IMG/VR virus record: IMGVR_UViG_2600255075_000001
Span: 1 to 64,000 of that record
Direction: 5' to 3' (one strand)
Source: a virus
Lineage: Duplodnaviria; Caudoviricetes
DNA: 64,000 nt
The notes beneath the pieces were generated by a model that was not told where the DNA came from, searched no databases, and was given only the letters and a program-made list of their open reading frames with translations. A program made the position numbers and the translations under genes. Shown here one piece after another: positions 30,459 through 40,373 of the stretch (within the stretch, counting starts at the first letter, position 1; each line of letters opens with the position of its first letter).

Positions 30459-31631
30459 TTGAAAACAGATGGTACAGAGGTGGCACAATTGTTCGAAATG
30501 AATGATATCGATAGTCGGTTAAGACATTTAAATCACGATCAAATAAATAAACTTATTAGCCGGTATTATGACGGAGAAAAAATTGAAACTCTATTGAAGG
30601 AATATCAAATATCTGCTCGTGCGAGTGAGTTGTACAAAATGTTTCCGGCTACTATTGAAAATATAAAATGTTTTTATTGCAATGTGCATCTTGTAACAAT
30701 GATGCCCTCCCGCACCTCAAACGCAAAAAATTACGCTTTTTGCCCTCACTGTGATCATAAAGAAACTCCGCTTTGTAGATGCACCAATTGTAAGAAGCTT
30801 GAGCAAGAAAAGATTCTTTCCGAAAATCAATATAAGAAAATAAAGATTGCAGAAACATACGATATTGCAAATTATAAATCCAACCAGATTAATGATTTAA
30901 ATTTGCGCGATGTTTTATATCTGGCCTGTCTTCTTCGCAGTAGGCTTGATGAAAATTTCTCAATTATACAACCATTAGAAAATTATATAGAAAGCATAAC
31001 TCCAACAAGCGATAAAACCAAAGAATTAGTTCTCTCGTTAGCTAATAAAAAGATAATTGTACCTCATTCTTCATCACCGATTAATTCATTCAAGGAAGAT
31101 GAAGATTTTCCAAACACCTATTATATTTACCGTGTAAATTACCAAGTTAACGTCGAAGAAGAATTAAGCGTTCTTCTAAATCCTGATTCTACTATTTTTT
31201 TAAATGACCCACATTTTGTTTATAAAATGTGGAGAGAAATAGCTTTAGAAGAAACTAAGCAGTATCTTCTATATAGTATGAAAAAAGTTAAGTTTGATTT
31301 CTCTATCGGTGATAAAACAATCTCTGTATTTAACGATCTATTAGACCACTTCTCAACTTCTCAAATTCACGCGTTAATATACAGAGGGGTCTCTAACGCA
31401 ACAAGATATTACCAGGAAGGACAAGTTCCAAAGCAACAAGCAGCAAACTCTGTAATAACAAATTGTCAACGTTTAGGCGAAAAGGCAATTGCGGAAAATT
31501 GGGATGTCAAAGGGTTTAATAGAAATTATGATTTGCCACAGTCAGTTTTGAGCGAATTATTTTTCAACAGAATTCTTAAGATTGGAAGTCGCGGATTTGA
31601 TGAGGTTCCAGACATATTAATTGATAGTTAG
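30459..31631 (+). CDS. Hypothetical protein with Zn-finger (CxxC...CxxC..H....CxCxxC)
   Basis: 390-aa ORF on + strand; terminator ggagaaaga/tctttctcc + T-run at about 31640-31668. Confidence 0.8.
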   Translation: MKTDGTEVAQLFEMNDIDSRLRHLNHDQINKLISRYYDGEKIETLLKEYQISARASELYKMFPATIENIKCFYCNVHLVTMMPSRTSNAKNYAFCPHCDHKETPLCRCTNCKKLEQEKILSENQYKKIKIAETYDIANYKSNQINDLNLRDVLYLACLLRSRLDENFSIIQPLENYIESITPTSDKTKELVLSLANKKIIVPHSSSPINSFKEDEDFPNTYYIYRVNYQVNVEEELSVLLNPDSTIFLNDPHFVYKMWREIALEETKQYLLYSMKKVKFDFSIGDKTISVFNDLLDHFSTSQIHALIYRGVSNATRYYQEGQVPKQQAANSVITNCQRLGEKAIAENWDVKGFNRNYDLPQSVLSELFFNRILKIGSRGFDEVPDILIDS

Positions 31632-31688
31632 GCCCTAATGGAGAAAGATAGTTCTTTCTCCTTTTTTATTTAGGATAAAATACAGGTT

Positions 31689-31901
31689 TTATCGTAAATC
31701 AGAATATTTAATATTTCCCCAAACAGAATCTGATGTCAGAAACATACCCTGTGTATTTTTTCGTGCAAATTTCACTTCAGACCAACCAAATCCGGATTTA
31801 TCCAAGTCGACCGCATACAAATACCATGATTGACCAAGTTTCAACTCTTCACGTCCGCGATCCTCAAGTCTTTGCCATAAGTTCAATAGTTCCACCTCCA
31901 A
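31689..31901 (-). CDS. Hypothetical protein
   Basis: ORF bracketed by palindromes 31675 and 31909 (near-match). Confidence 0.6.
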   Translation of the reverse strand: MEVELLNLWQRLEDRGREELKLGQSWYLYAVDLDKSGFGWSEVKFARKNTQGMFLTSDSVWGNIKYSDLR

Positions 31902-31922
31902 TCATCCTATAAACTAAGATTT

Positions 31923-32165
31923 TCATTTGCCGAGTTCAATGTCCGCAAGACGTATTCCATAGTTGCTGCCCCTTTTACAGAATGTCCAATGCGCTTTAAC
32001 TCTCCCGTCAATAATATCTTTTGCTTTAATCAAATCTTCGGTATCAGTTAAAAACATATTGTATTCAGCACCGGTACTACCACTAAAATGCATTACTGCG
32101 GAAGATCTTCCCCTACCATAACCAGTAAATGTTAAAACATCTTCGAAAACATATTGTCGACCCAT
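31923..32165 (-). CDS. Hypothetical protein
   Basis: ORF (GRGRSSA...WTFCKRGSNYGIRL). Confidence 0.6.
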   Translation of the reverse strand: MGRQYVFEDVLTFTGYGRGRSSAVMHFSGSTGAEYNMFLTDTEDLIKAKDIIDGRVKAHWTFCKRGSNYGIRLADIELGK

Positions 32166-32329
32166 TCGACATTTGCCTCTTTATCAATAACCGGCACGGA
32201 AGGATAGTTGTGCGAATATGAAAGTAGGCTGCCTTTGTAAGTATGAATTTCACCATTTCTGTAGCTACCTTGCCAATATTTATTCTCATGAACAATCGGA
32301 TACAGTATTCTTTTCTTAGATTTTGTCAT
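32132..32329 (-). CDS. Hypothetical protein
   Basis: ORF with AAGGAG RBS overlapping the next ORF by 34 nt; may be a frameshifted N-terminal half of it. Confidence 0.45.
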   Translation of the reverse strand: MTKSKKRILYPIVHENKYWQGSYRNGEIHTYKGSLLSYSHNYPSVPVIDKEANVEWVDNMFSKMF

Positions 32330-32482
32330 TTAGCATCTCCTTGAATTTAATATGTGTAAGCTCTATTTTTCTAATTACCAGCCTTCAATTTTCTAACGGC
32401 CAGTAATCTAGTTGCGTGAATTTCACGGATAACTCTCCAACCATCCCTAATACAAGCCCTTTCATCGATTCAAATACAGCTT

Positions 32483-32821
32483 TCATTGCCAATGAGTTAA
32501 AACGATCAATTTAGGCTCCAATTCCACATCGAAGACTTCCTTTATTGCTTTGGTTACTTTTTCCTTGTGCTCTGCGTATCTGTTCTCTTCATAAATAAAA
32601 GGACTGAGCCCTTCGTATCCGTCTGGATCGTGCTCAACTATTACTCCAAAATAATCATAATCCCCACTATTGTTATCTGGTAGATGAACGATCTCTCCAT
32701 TTCGACGATTCCATCTATAATATCCATCGTAAAAATTATCTTTTCCTTCTTCGTCCATCTTGTCTACGAGCTGCTTAACATCACAGCCAATAATGATGTA
32801 ATCAGAACGATCCGTTCCCAT
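32483..32821 (-). CDS. Hypothetical protein
   Basis: ORF with GGAGG RBS after palindrome 32835. Confidence 0.7.
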   Translation of the reverse strand: MGTDRSDYIIIGCDVKQLVDKMDEEGKDNFYDGYYRWNRRNGEIVHLPDNNSGDYDYFGVIVEHDPDGYEGLSPFIYEENRYAEHKEKVTKAIKEVFDVELEPKLIVLTHWQ

Positions 32822-32861
32822 TTGGCAACCTCCAATAAAAATGAATTTTTATTGCATATAA

Positions 32862-33626
32862 TCATTTTTTAGAAACTCTTTCTATAGATTTCTCCCAATA
32901 TTCTCTTTCTTTTTCAAAGCATATGTAGTTTCTTTCTTCCTCTAGACATGCAACCGCAGTAGTGCCACTTCCACTTGCATTATCCAGCACTATGTCGCCC
33001 TTATTTGTGTAAGTTCTTATAAAATATCTAAATAGATCAACGGGTTTTTGCGTGGGATGAATGGCTAGTTTTTGCTTGTCTGTTGAGAACTTTAGTACAC
33101 TTCTAGGATAACGCTCTGTGCTGCCTCCGCCACAAATACCAATCGTTGTTTTACCATAATTACTACCGTCGTCTTGGTGTTTTGTATAACTGTTGACCGG
33201 CTTATGCCCAATAGTTTTTTGAGGATTGTAAGTAGGTAAATTTTTATAAAACACCAAGACATTCTCATGAGCCTTCATAGGCATTTTCTTAGCATTTAAG
33301 TGACCTGTTGCTGTAGTCTTTTCCCAGATCCATTCATATCTTAACCAATCCAGGTTGCTATTGCCCAACACCTTATCGAATGGGGTTTGAGCCGTCAAAA
33401 CGATTGCTCCATTGTCTTTTATAATTCTCTTATAATGACGCCACAATACGTCTAAGGGAATAATGGAGTCCCATTTATTACGAGTTGTGCCATAAGGAAG
33501 GTCGCACAGAATCAAATCAATTGACTTGTTATTAATTAAACTCAGACCGTTCTCACCAAGACAATCTACATTATAAATCTTATTTAACTCTAGCAGTTTC
33601 AAACTCCTTTCAAGAATTAGAAACAA
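32862..33626 (-). CDS. Orphan N4-C/N6-A DNA methyltransferase (beta class)
   Basis: Motif IV DLPY precedes HPTQKP and motif I LDNASGSGTT. Confidence 0.92.
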   Translation of the reverse strand: MFLILERSLKLLELNKIYNVDCLGENGLSLINNKSIDLILCDLPYGTTRNKWDSIIPLDVLWRHYKRIIKDNGAIVLTAQTPFDKVLGNSNLDWLRYEWIWEKTTATGHLNAKKMPMKAHENVLVFYKNLPTYNPQKTIGHKPVNSYTKHQDDGSNYGKTTIGICGGGSTERYPRSVLKFSTDKQKLAIHPTQKPVDLFRYFIRTYTNKGDIVLDNASGSGTTAVACLEEERNYICFEKEREYWEKSIERVSKK

Positions 33627-33842
33627 CAGCTATCACGGTTATAACAATAAAGCATACTGAAATTAAAACTGTCATTAACACAGTTGACCTATTCATATTT
33701 TTTTCTATATACATTCCTAAGAACACTCCGATGAAAACTATGACGCTTACCAGTAGGCCCATCCAAAGAGGATACCATTTGTCATTCATACTTAATCTCC
33801 TAATGCATTTAGATAAAAGCCTTCTTTTATTAGATCTTATTC

Positions 33843-34190
33843 TTAAATTAGCCTATACAAAAAAGCAAGGTCGGCATCGAGCGATTCTAATGTTGGAGTT
33901 TCGGCAAATGAATCATCGTCTTCTGGATCTGAAAGGTTATTAGAATTGTCAAATCGATAAAAAGACATCTGATCCATAATACTTTTGTTAGGGCTGAAAC
34001 GATTATCATTTCCTGTCTGGTAGATAGCACTGTTTTGTATCATCCTATTTACTTGTTCTTGTGCAGTGGGTAAGTGCTCACTAAGAAAAAAGAACGCTTC
34101 CTGTGCTGTGTCGTTGCCTTTATATGAAATATCTAGAATGTTTTCAATCCCCCAGATAGCTTTTCGCTGTTTTTCTGTCATTGGTTTCAC
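33843..34190 (-). CDS. Hypothetical protein
   Basis: ORF with GGAGG RBS. Confidence 0.65.
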   Translation of the reverse strand: MKPMTEKQRKAIWGIENILDISYKGNDTAQEAFFFLSEHLPTAQEQVNRMIQNSAIYQTGNDNRFSPNKSIMDQMSFYRFDNSNNLSDPEDDDSFAETPTLESLDADLAFLYRLI

Positions 34191-34220
34191 TGATTAATGC
34201 CCCTCCTTCTGAACATTCAC

Positions 34221-35384
34221 TTAATCGATCCAGCTCATGTATTCTTCTCGCGGTACTTCTCTTACTACAAAACACTTCTTTGCATGAACCTTAGCATCAT
34301 CCTTATGGTCAAAGTGTTCGTAAGGAATGATCACTTCAATAAGCGCTCCTTGATACCGATAGTTTGACTCGTTAATTTCCTTCTGTTCATTAAAATACAG
34401 ATAGTCGTTTTTAGGTATTGCAAATTCGCCGATTTTATAAATGAAATTAGAGTCGTAGTGACTGCTGTAATTCCCATCTTTATTGTACTTTACAAACTTA
34501 TAAAACCTTTTATTTTCTATGTATGTTTTTCCATCAAACTCGGTATACTTTTTAGGTATATCACTGATAAACTTAAGCGTCCCTTTTCTCGTTAGGCGAT
34601 AATCGCGCTCATTAATATACGTTATCTGTACCGGCTCTTTTGAAATCTCTTTAATAATGTCCTCTACACATTCAAATTTAACTTCCTCTGGCTTTTTAAA
34701 ATAATCCTCGTGTAACGATAAATCGGCTATTTTATCAATCACATTATCCAGACTAAACTCTTCGCCTTCCTCAAACTGAATCAGTTTGTCATAGTTGATT
34801 CCATACATTCCTCCGAGTTGCTCCTTCAGCTCATCGACGGATTTAATTTGTAGATCCATACATTTGAGTGCAATCCGAATAAATTCCGGTTTTGAAATTG
34901 TGTATCCCTTTTCAGTGTACTTATGGACTCGAAGTAATGAAACTATTGGAAAAGCGGTATCTTTGTTGAATCTGAGCATTCTTTGAGCATTATCTTTCAG
35001 GAAATGTTTATGTAGCACAAACTCTTCAGTCTTAAAATCGAAAGCTCCCATACACGATGTGAAGTCAAAAGTATCAAAAATATCCTTGGCTTCTGGGAAG
35101 TACTTAAAGTGAATCAACTGTACATTCTTATCTCTGCCCATTCTAACCATAATTGATTTGTTAGTGAGAATGTTAACCCAATCGCTACCTTCCCAGGCTT
35201 CCTCAACGAACTCAATAAGCGAGGCTTCATGTCGGAAATACACATCAATATCATTAACTTTCCTGTTGCTGAACAGGCTTGTGATTGCTCCACCGGCTAC
35301 GTAAACCTCGTGTCTTTTAAAAGCATTTACTACATGTTTACCAAGATAGTCATACAGTTTATTTTTCTCAAAAGTATACTTCAT
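34221..35384 (-). CDS. Pol-beta-fold nucleotidyltransferase-like protein
   Basis: VYVAGGAITS....VNDIDVYF, FDFT.C, R..KY..KGY motifs. Confidence 0.75.
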   Translation of the reverse strand: MKYTFEKNKLYDYLGKHVVNAFKRHEVYVAGGAITSLFSNRKVNDIDVYFRHEASLIEFVEEAWEGSDWVNILTNKSIMVRMGRDKNVQLIHFKYFPEAKDIFDTFDFTSCMGAFDFKTEEFVLHKHFLKDNAQRMLRFNKDTAFPIVSLLRVHKYTEKGYTISKPEFIRIALKCMDLQIKSVDELKEQLGGMYGINYDKLIQFEEGEEFSLDNVIDKIADLSLHEDYFKKPEEVKFECVEDIIKEISKEPVQITYINERDYRLTRKGTLKFISDIPKKYTEFDGKTYIENKRFYKFVKYNKDGNYSSHYDSNFIYKIGEFAIPKNDYLYFNEQKEINESNYRYQGALIEVIIPYEHFDHKDDAKVHAKKCFVVREVPREEYMSWID

Positions 35385-35655
35385 TTAATTCCTCCAATAA
35401 TAATTTCCACATTCTTTTTACCAAGTTTCGCGAGTTCATTTCACAACTTACTAAAGTCAATAAATCGCTTACTCATCGTCATACATATTCATTAGCTCCA
35501 TATCTCTGGAAAAACCTTTTTTAGCGCTATGGCACAATTTTCGTGCGTCTTCTTCACTTAAGTTAACTCCAACATCGTATACCTTTATACAGTCGTTTTT
35601 CCATTCATAAACTCGGTATAACATACTCTTTAAACCCCCGAATAAAATCTACCTT

Positions 35656-35922
35656 TTATTCACAAAAAGGCTTTCCGCTCTGGTCGTAAATCTGTGCTAA
35701 TGAACCGATACCATTCCTATCGGAAGTGCTTAGTGCAAAATAACATCCAGTCTTTTGATGTTTTACTGTAATTAATGACGCAGTGTCTGCTTGATCTACA
35801 GATACTACCGAAAATTCTTGACTATCAACTGTCGCCCGTTTAATTTCGGTTTCGGTCTGACCACAAGCAGCTATTAAGACTGATAGAAGACTTAGTACGG
35901 ATACTATAAAATTTTTTTTCAT
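35656..35922 (-). CDS. Putative lipoprotein
   Basis: Signal peptide with lipobox IAAC; H..TGCY motif. Confidence 0.7.
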   Translation of the reverse strand: MKKNFIVSVLSLLSVLIAACGQTETEIKRATVDSQEFSVVSVDQADTASLITVKHQKTGCYFALSTSDRNGIGSLAQIYDQSGKPFCE

Positions 35923-36497
35923 TAACTCTCCTTCAGAATCTTTACTAGTTTATTAGCTTCCCTAGATGTCTTATCAATCTCAAGTCCAATTTTACTGATG
36001 ATAAACTTTACATGAGGGCTATACGTACGATTATCTACATATATATCCTTAGTCAAATAAGGATATGGATCTGCCGGATGCTTATAGTAGCTAGTCTCTG
36101 TAAAAAACCTATCTCCAAAATGATCTCCCCCTAGGGTCCTAACTAACAATCGAACGTATTTATCCTTTCGCTGAGGAACCCAAGCATAATGATGCCAACA
36201 ATATGAACCATCCGTTTCGTATGTATTATTTTCATCTATAAAATACATTATCTCCCCAACAGAATATAAAATTTTCTTTTCTAAACCACGATTGCTAAAC
36301 GAGGTAGGAAGGTTATAAGTCACTCCCCCAATTTCCACTTTTTTTAAATTGCTGTTCACTCGGATTTCTTCCGCGTCTATTTTCTTTGTTAAAATATATA
36401 AGGCGTCTCTTATTCCATTCCTGGCCGTTGCAGATTTTGCATTTTGACGATCTTGCTTTGCCAATTCATACTCTTTTCTCATATCATCTAGATTCAT
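35922..36497 (-). CDS. Hypothetical protein
   Basis: 191-aa ORF with AAGGAG RBS. Confidence 0.7.
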   Translation of the reverse strand: MNLDDMRKEYELAKQDRQNAKSATARNGIRDALYILTKKIDAEEIRVNSNLKKVEIGGVTYNLPTSFSNRGLEKKILYSVGEIMYFIDENNTYETDGSYCWHHYAWVPQRKDKYVRLLVRTLGGDHFGDRFFTETSYYKHPADPYPYLTKDIYVDNRTYSPHVKFIISKIGLEIDKTSREANKLVKILKES

Positions 36498-36893
36498 TTA
36501 CATCTCCTTGTTCGTACTGACTTATTCAATAAATTTTCCACTTCATTGTCTACAGTTTTCTTGTCATCCTCAAGATAATGGTCTTATTGTCGTAACCAAC
36601 AATCTTCATTCGCGCTGCTGCTCTCAATATCTCGATGGCATCTTCGTGGCACATAGGATAGGCATTAAGAATTTGTGCATACTCATTGGCATGCCCGATA
36701 GTACTCTTGAAACGATCTGATCGTGCTAAACCATTGATTAATTCCCTTCTTTAGGCTGAAACCTTCAATGTTACCATCCTTATCTAAGTGGATATCAGTA
36801 ATTTCGACCTCGCGACCATCGATAATGTCATAAAAATTTTGATCGATTTTATAATCCACTTCTATCGCTCCTATAAAAATCCGATTTTATCTC

Positions 36894-37190
36894 CTAATAA
36901 TCAAATCCCTGTTTTATCATTTCTTCCTTGATCTCCTTCAAAGTCTCAATTACAACATCTAACGAAGCTATGCGATCAAATAGCATGATTACATGAGCAT
37001 CATGGTTATCAAGAGATGTACCTACAACTTCCTTCCATTCCTCGCCTATTTCTCGGGGCTTTGATTGTATAAACGCTGCTCCATATGTTAATTTAGAACC
37101 ATCATCTTTTAATTCTGCTACGAAAATATCTCCATATCCAAATTGAAGATATTTTATATTGTTATCTGTTTTAATGGGCAAGAAGCTCAC
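36894..37190 (-). CDS. Hypothetical protein
   Basis: ORF track. Confidence 0.65.
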   Translation of the reverse strand: MSFLPIKTDNNIKYLQFGYGDIFVAELKDDGSKLTYGAAFIQSKPREIGEEWKEVVGTSLDNHDAHVIMLFDRIASLDVVIETLKEIKEEMIKQGFDY

Positions 37191-37211
37191 TCCTTTCCGA
37201 TATTGTTTTTA

Positions 37212-37598
37212 TTAATGCCTAACCACGCGAACCTGTAGTTCATACTTATGCGCTAAGTCAATCATATGTTTTGTACCTTTGCTCGTTCCATCCCAGAAAG
37301 CGACTAAGGCATTAGACTTTTTCGCCATCTCTTCATTTCTTATGTATTCCGCATTATTTCCGCACTTTTCCCAGTCTGCAGGGTGACTAGAAATTCTATA
37401 GCCCTTTTCAGTAGCGTACCTTTCGCCCAGCTTATCTGCTCCTTTTGCAGCTCCCGATACAATTACGATTTCATTGCGAGGTTGCAATGCAAGAAGTAAA
37501 TCGAGCTTTCTTTTTAACATCTCATAGTCACTAAAGGTTCGTGAACCGGCAACGATTACTTTCAAAATAGCCCTCCTTTCAGTTTCGATCTTCCACAT
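37212..37598 (-). CDS. SLOG-family (DUF2493/YspA-like) protein
   Basis: IVAGSRTF.DY, IVSGAAKGAD, RNEEMA, FWDGTSKGTKHMI. Confidence 0.88.
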   Translation of the reverse strand: MWKIETERRAILKVIVAGSRTFSDYEMLKRKLDLLLALQPRNEIVIVSGAAKGADKLGERYATEKGYRISSHPADWEKCGNNAEYIRNEEMAKKSNALVAFWDGTSKGTKHMIDLAHKYELQVRVVRH

Positions 37599-37950
37599 CG
37601 ATGCTATTTGCTTCTTCCGGTGTACTTATAATATGAACGAACATTGTCGCCTCGCATTCCGGGCAATCAAACTCTAAATAATCGGTCACACCCTCTAGAT
37701 AGTCGCCTCCAACAGATTCACAAATGTTCTTTCCGCATCGAGGACAAAAGTTTATTTGTCCATACCTCCACTGAAATTCTGTGCAGATAGGAATCAAAAC
37801 AAATGGCTGATAATTTCCATTTGGTGCGATGATATCTTTCTGGGCCAGTGCTTTAGCTTCCAACTCTGTCATATCCGTAGTTGTATCAGCAGTTATCATC
37901 GCAGCTTCAGTTTGCGTTAAAATCCTATATAATTTTGGTATTTCGGACAT
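37579..37950 (-). CDS. Zn-ribbon hypothetical protein
   Basis: CPRC and CPEC motifs. Confidence 0.65.
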   Translation of the reverse strand: MSEIPKLYRILTQTEAAMITADTTTDMTELEAKALAQKDIIAPNGNYQPFVLIPICTEFQWRYGQINFCPRCGKNICESVGGDYLEGVTDYLEFDCPECEATMFVHIISTPEEANSIDVEDRN

Positions 37951-38496
37951 TATGAAACCTCCTCATGTATTTCGATTATTCAGTTTTGATACTTCATGCA
38001 ATCCTTCTAATTCTTCATCCCATTCTACCAAAGCCTTAACCCCGTCATGCATACCCCAAGCATTTTTACATCTTCTACACCCAACTTTGCGAACTTCAGA
38101 ACTGAATTACATGCTCGTTCTTGTCGGTTCGACGGATGCAATACAATTGCCTGAAATGAACACGTATATCCTTATGTCCCTTGTGTCCCGATAAAATGCC
38201 CATGCTTCAGAATCATTTCCCGTTACCATCTCCACCTTGCCGTTAATGACGCTTGTCAACACATAAACAATGTCGTGTTTTACCATTTGTTACGAACACC
38301 CCTATTCATCTAGATACTTCGCGAAGCTTCGCGGCAACTTCTTTGCCAAGCTCTGTAATCCTGTATTGATCGGCTCTGTAAGATGTCTTCCTGTCCTGGC
38401 TCCCCTGCCCACGGTGATCGGAAGCTTGTGCCATTCATCAAGTTCCAAAGCTCGCTACTAACTCGTCCATACGAACGCTCCCTGGAACAATTTTAT

Positions 38497-38721
38497 TCAT
38501 CGAATTACTTCGCCTAGTTTCAGACATCCATCTTCTTCCCACGTAACAATAACTACATCTTCGCCATTTTGACGTATGGACCCCGCATCAGCGTAATCGT
38601 CATAAATTAAGGCTTCTCCAAGATCAGGAGAATATGCGTCATCTGACGACTCACTTCGCAAAAATTCACCGGTTTTTTCAACCGAATTACGTATTTCATA
38701 GAGCGCCTTCCTTTGCGACAA
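38497..38721 (-). CDS. Hypothetical protein
   Basis: ORF track; start uncertain. Confidence 0.5.
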   Translation of the reverse strand: MSQRKALYEIRNSVEKTGEFLRSESSDDAYSPDLGEALIYDDYADAGSIRQNGEDVVIVTWEEDGCLKLGEVIR

Positions 38722-38794
38722 ATTTATTCAATATGTTGTACTGCCGTCGATGAATCTTCTTTGTATCGTTTTACTTGCCTATAAAATCAAGTTT

Positions 38795-39412
38795 TTATTG
38801 TCTGAATTCCTTGTTGACGATCTTTGCTATATCTTTATATATCTCCTCAACTGATCTTAATCCATCAACAATCGCTTTAGCCGGTGCAGAGTAATTTGTA
38901 GATACATTTTTATAATTGCTACGTACTCTCGTGAGTAAGCCCAAATCTGATTCATATCTGTCATTTTCACCATGCTTTCCTTTTCTTTTCATGCTCTCTT
39001 CTGCTGGAATGTCGATTATAATGTCTAGATCAGGCTTCCGCATATACTTCTGTAATTCCATGATCCAACGTCCATCTCGCCCGTTAGCAAGCCCATAAGC
39101 GACTTGACAGAGGCTATACCTATCCAGGATTAAGAATTCATATTTCTCATTCTCTAGCTCAGTAAACCAGTCCTGCTGAGCCTGCTTATCCGCAGCCATA
39201 ATCAATTCAATCGTCTCTGCAGATACTTCCCATTCTTTACGTAACCACTTCATAATCAGCTCACCAGTTGGTGTTTCGTAGCGGTGGAACTCGCTCGACA
39301 TTACTTTAAATCCTTCGCTACGTAATCTCTCAGTAAGCAATTTTGATTGGGTGTGCTTTCCGCTTTTGTCTAATCCACCAATGCTGATGATCTTCATTTT
39401 ATTATTGTTCAA
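38795..39412 (-). CDS. tmk: Thymidylate kinase (dTMP kinase)
   Basis: P-loop GLDKSGKHTQ, ILDRY, KPDLDIIID. Confidence 0.88.
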   Translation of the reverse strand: MNNNKMKIISIGGLDKSGKHTQSKLLTERLRSEGFKVMSSEFHRYETPTGELIMKWLRKEWEVSAETIELIMAADKQAQQDWFTELENEKYEFLILDRYSLCQVAYGLANGRDGRWIMELQKYMRKPDLDIIIDIPAEESMKRKGKHGENDRYESDLGLLTRVRSNYKNVSTNYSAPAKAIVDGLRSVEEIYKDIAKIVNKEFRQ

Positions 39413-39687
39413 TTCTTCTTCTCACGCGCCTTCTTTAGTCTTAGTCCGGCCGCCTGCCGTTGTTCGTCGCTCATAGTCCTGGTGCTTTCATTCCGGAAAG
39501 AAACTCTGCCAAAATCAATTTCCTCATAATAATGGGCGCCGTCCTCATTGATTCTTACCGGTTCAATTCCAGCTTTTTTTAACTTTGATATTACTCTTGG
39601 CTGTAGGGTGTACAAGTTCCATTTCATTTTCTCGTCGTCACACTGAATTACGGTTTCTCTTTCATTAGCCACGTAACTCATACTCAT
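39409..39687 (-). CDS. Hypothetical phage protein
   Basis: ERETVI...MSDEQRQAA..RL pattern. Confidence 0.7.
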   Translation of the reverse strand: MSMSYVANERETVIQCDDEKMKWNLYTLQPRVISKLKKAGIEPVRINEDGAHYYEEIDFGRVSFRNESTRTMSDEQRQAAGLRLKKAREKKN

Positions 39688-40271
39688 TCACCTTTTTTCT
39701 CGATAATTTGGACTTCTAGCTTCCTTCGCCCGAACTTTACCGCCTTACTCTCGCTGCTCATAAACACATCTAATCTGCCCTCTTTGATTGCTCCTCCTCG
39801 GTCGGTACAAGTGTATGTATTATTAAAATAAGGTATGTAAATCTGCGTCCCAAACGGCATGCTTTTAGGACACGCTATGGTAACACCTTCCTTGGTTGTT
39901 TGACCACTTGCTGTAACACCGTAGTATTTGTCGCCAGGGCTCTTGCCCGTTGATTCTCGATTATTTGTATAAGCAGTAACTTCGAAATTCATATATTTGT
40001 CTTTATGTTTTACTTCTTTTGTTACTGTGTTCTTATCTTCAATCTCTATACTTTTAACATCAAATTCTGTAGCTGCGGGGATCGGTTCTAAAGATGGCGC
40101 CGGAGTGCTTTGAATCTCCAAATGCACTAGATTTCTTATTGGCTTTAGTGGCATTTCAATTGTCGGTTGAGTTGTCTCTTTCGGATCTTTGACATTTTCA
40201 TTGGCCTCACATCCAGTTAAAAAAATTAGCACAGCCATGAAAATGAAAGACAGCGTCTTATTCTCGCTCAT
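39684..40271 (-). CDS. 3D-domain cell-wall protein (YorM-like lipoprotein)
   Basis: Lipobox LTGC; VTAYT, GVTASG, DRGGAIK..RLDVF. Confidence 0.88.
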   Translation of the reverse strand: MSENKTLSFIFMAVLIFLTGCEANENVKDPKETTQPTIEMPLKPIRNLVHLEIQSTPAPSLEPIPAATEFDVKSIEIEDKNTVTKEVKHKDKYMNFEVTAYTNNRESTGKSPGDKYYGVTASGQTTKEGVTIACPKSMPFGTQIYIPYFNNTYTCTDRGGAIKEGRLDVFMSSESKAVKFGRRKLEVQIIEKKGE

Positions 40272-40306
40272 AACATTCCCTTCTTAATACTGTAATTTAT
40301 CTATAT

Positions 40307-40353
40307 AAAAATCGCTCCTCGCCTTACAGATTCAGTTTGGACAAGGAGCGATT
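40307..40353 (-). terminator. Intrinsic terminator
   Basis: aatcgctcct/aggagcgatt stem with T-run on the minus strand. Confidence 0.6.
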
Positions 40354-40373
40354 CGACTAATGAAATGTTCGTT

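Noticed and set aside
38290-38490. Gene in a GC-richer patch
   Set aside because: Only short broken frames on the minus strand; probably a decayed gene that I cannot assign.
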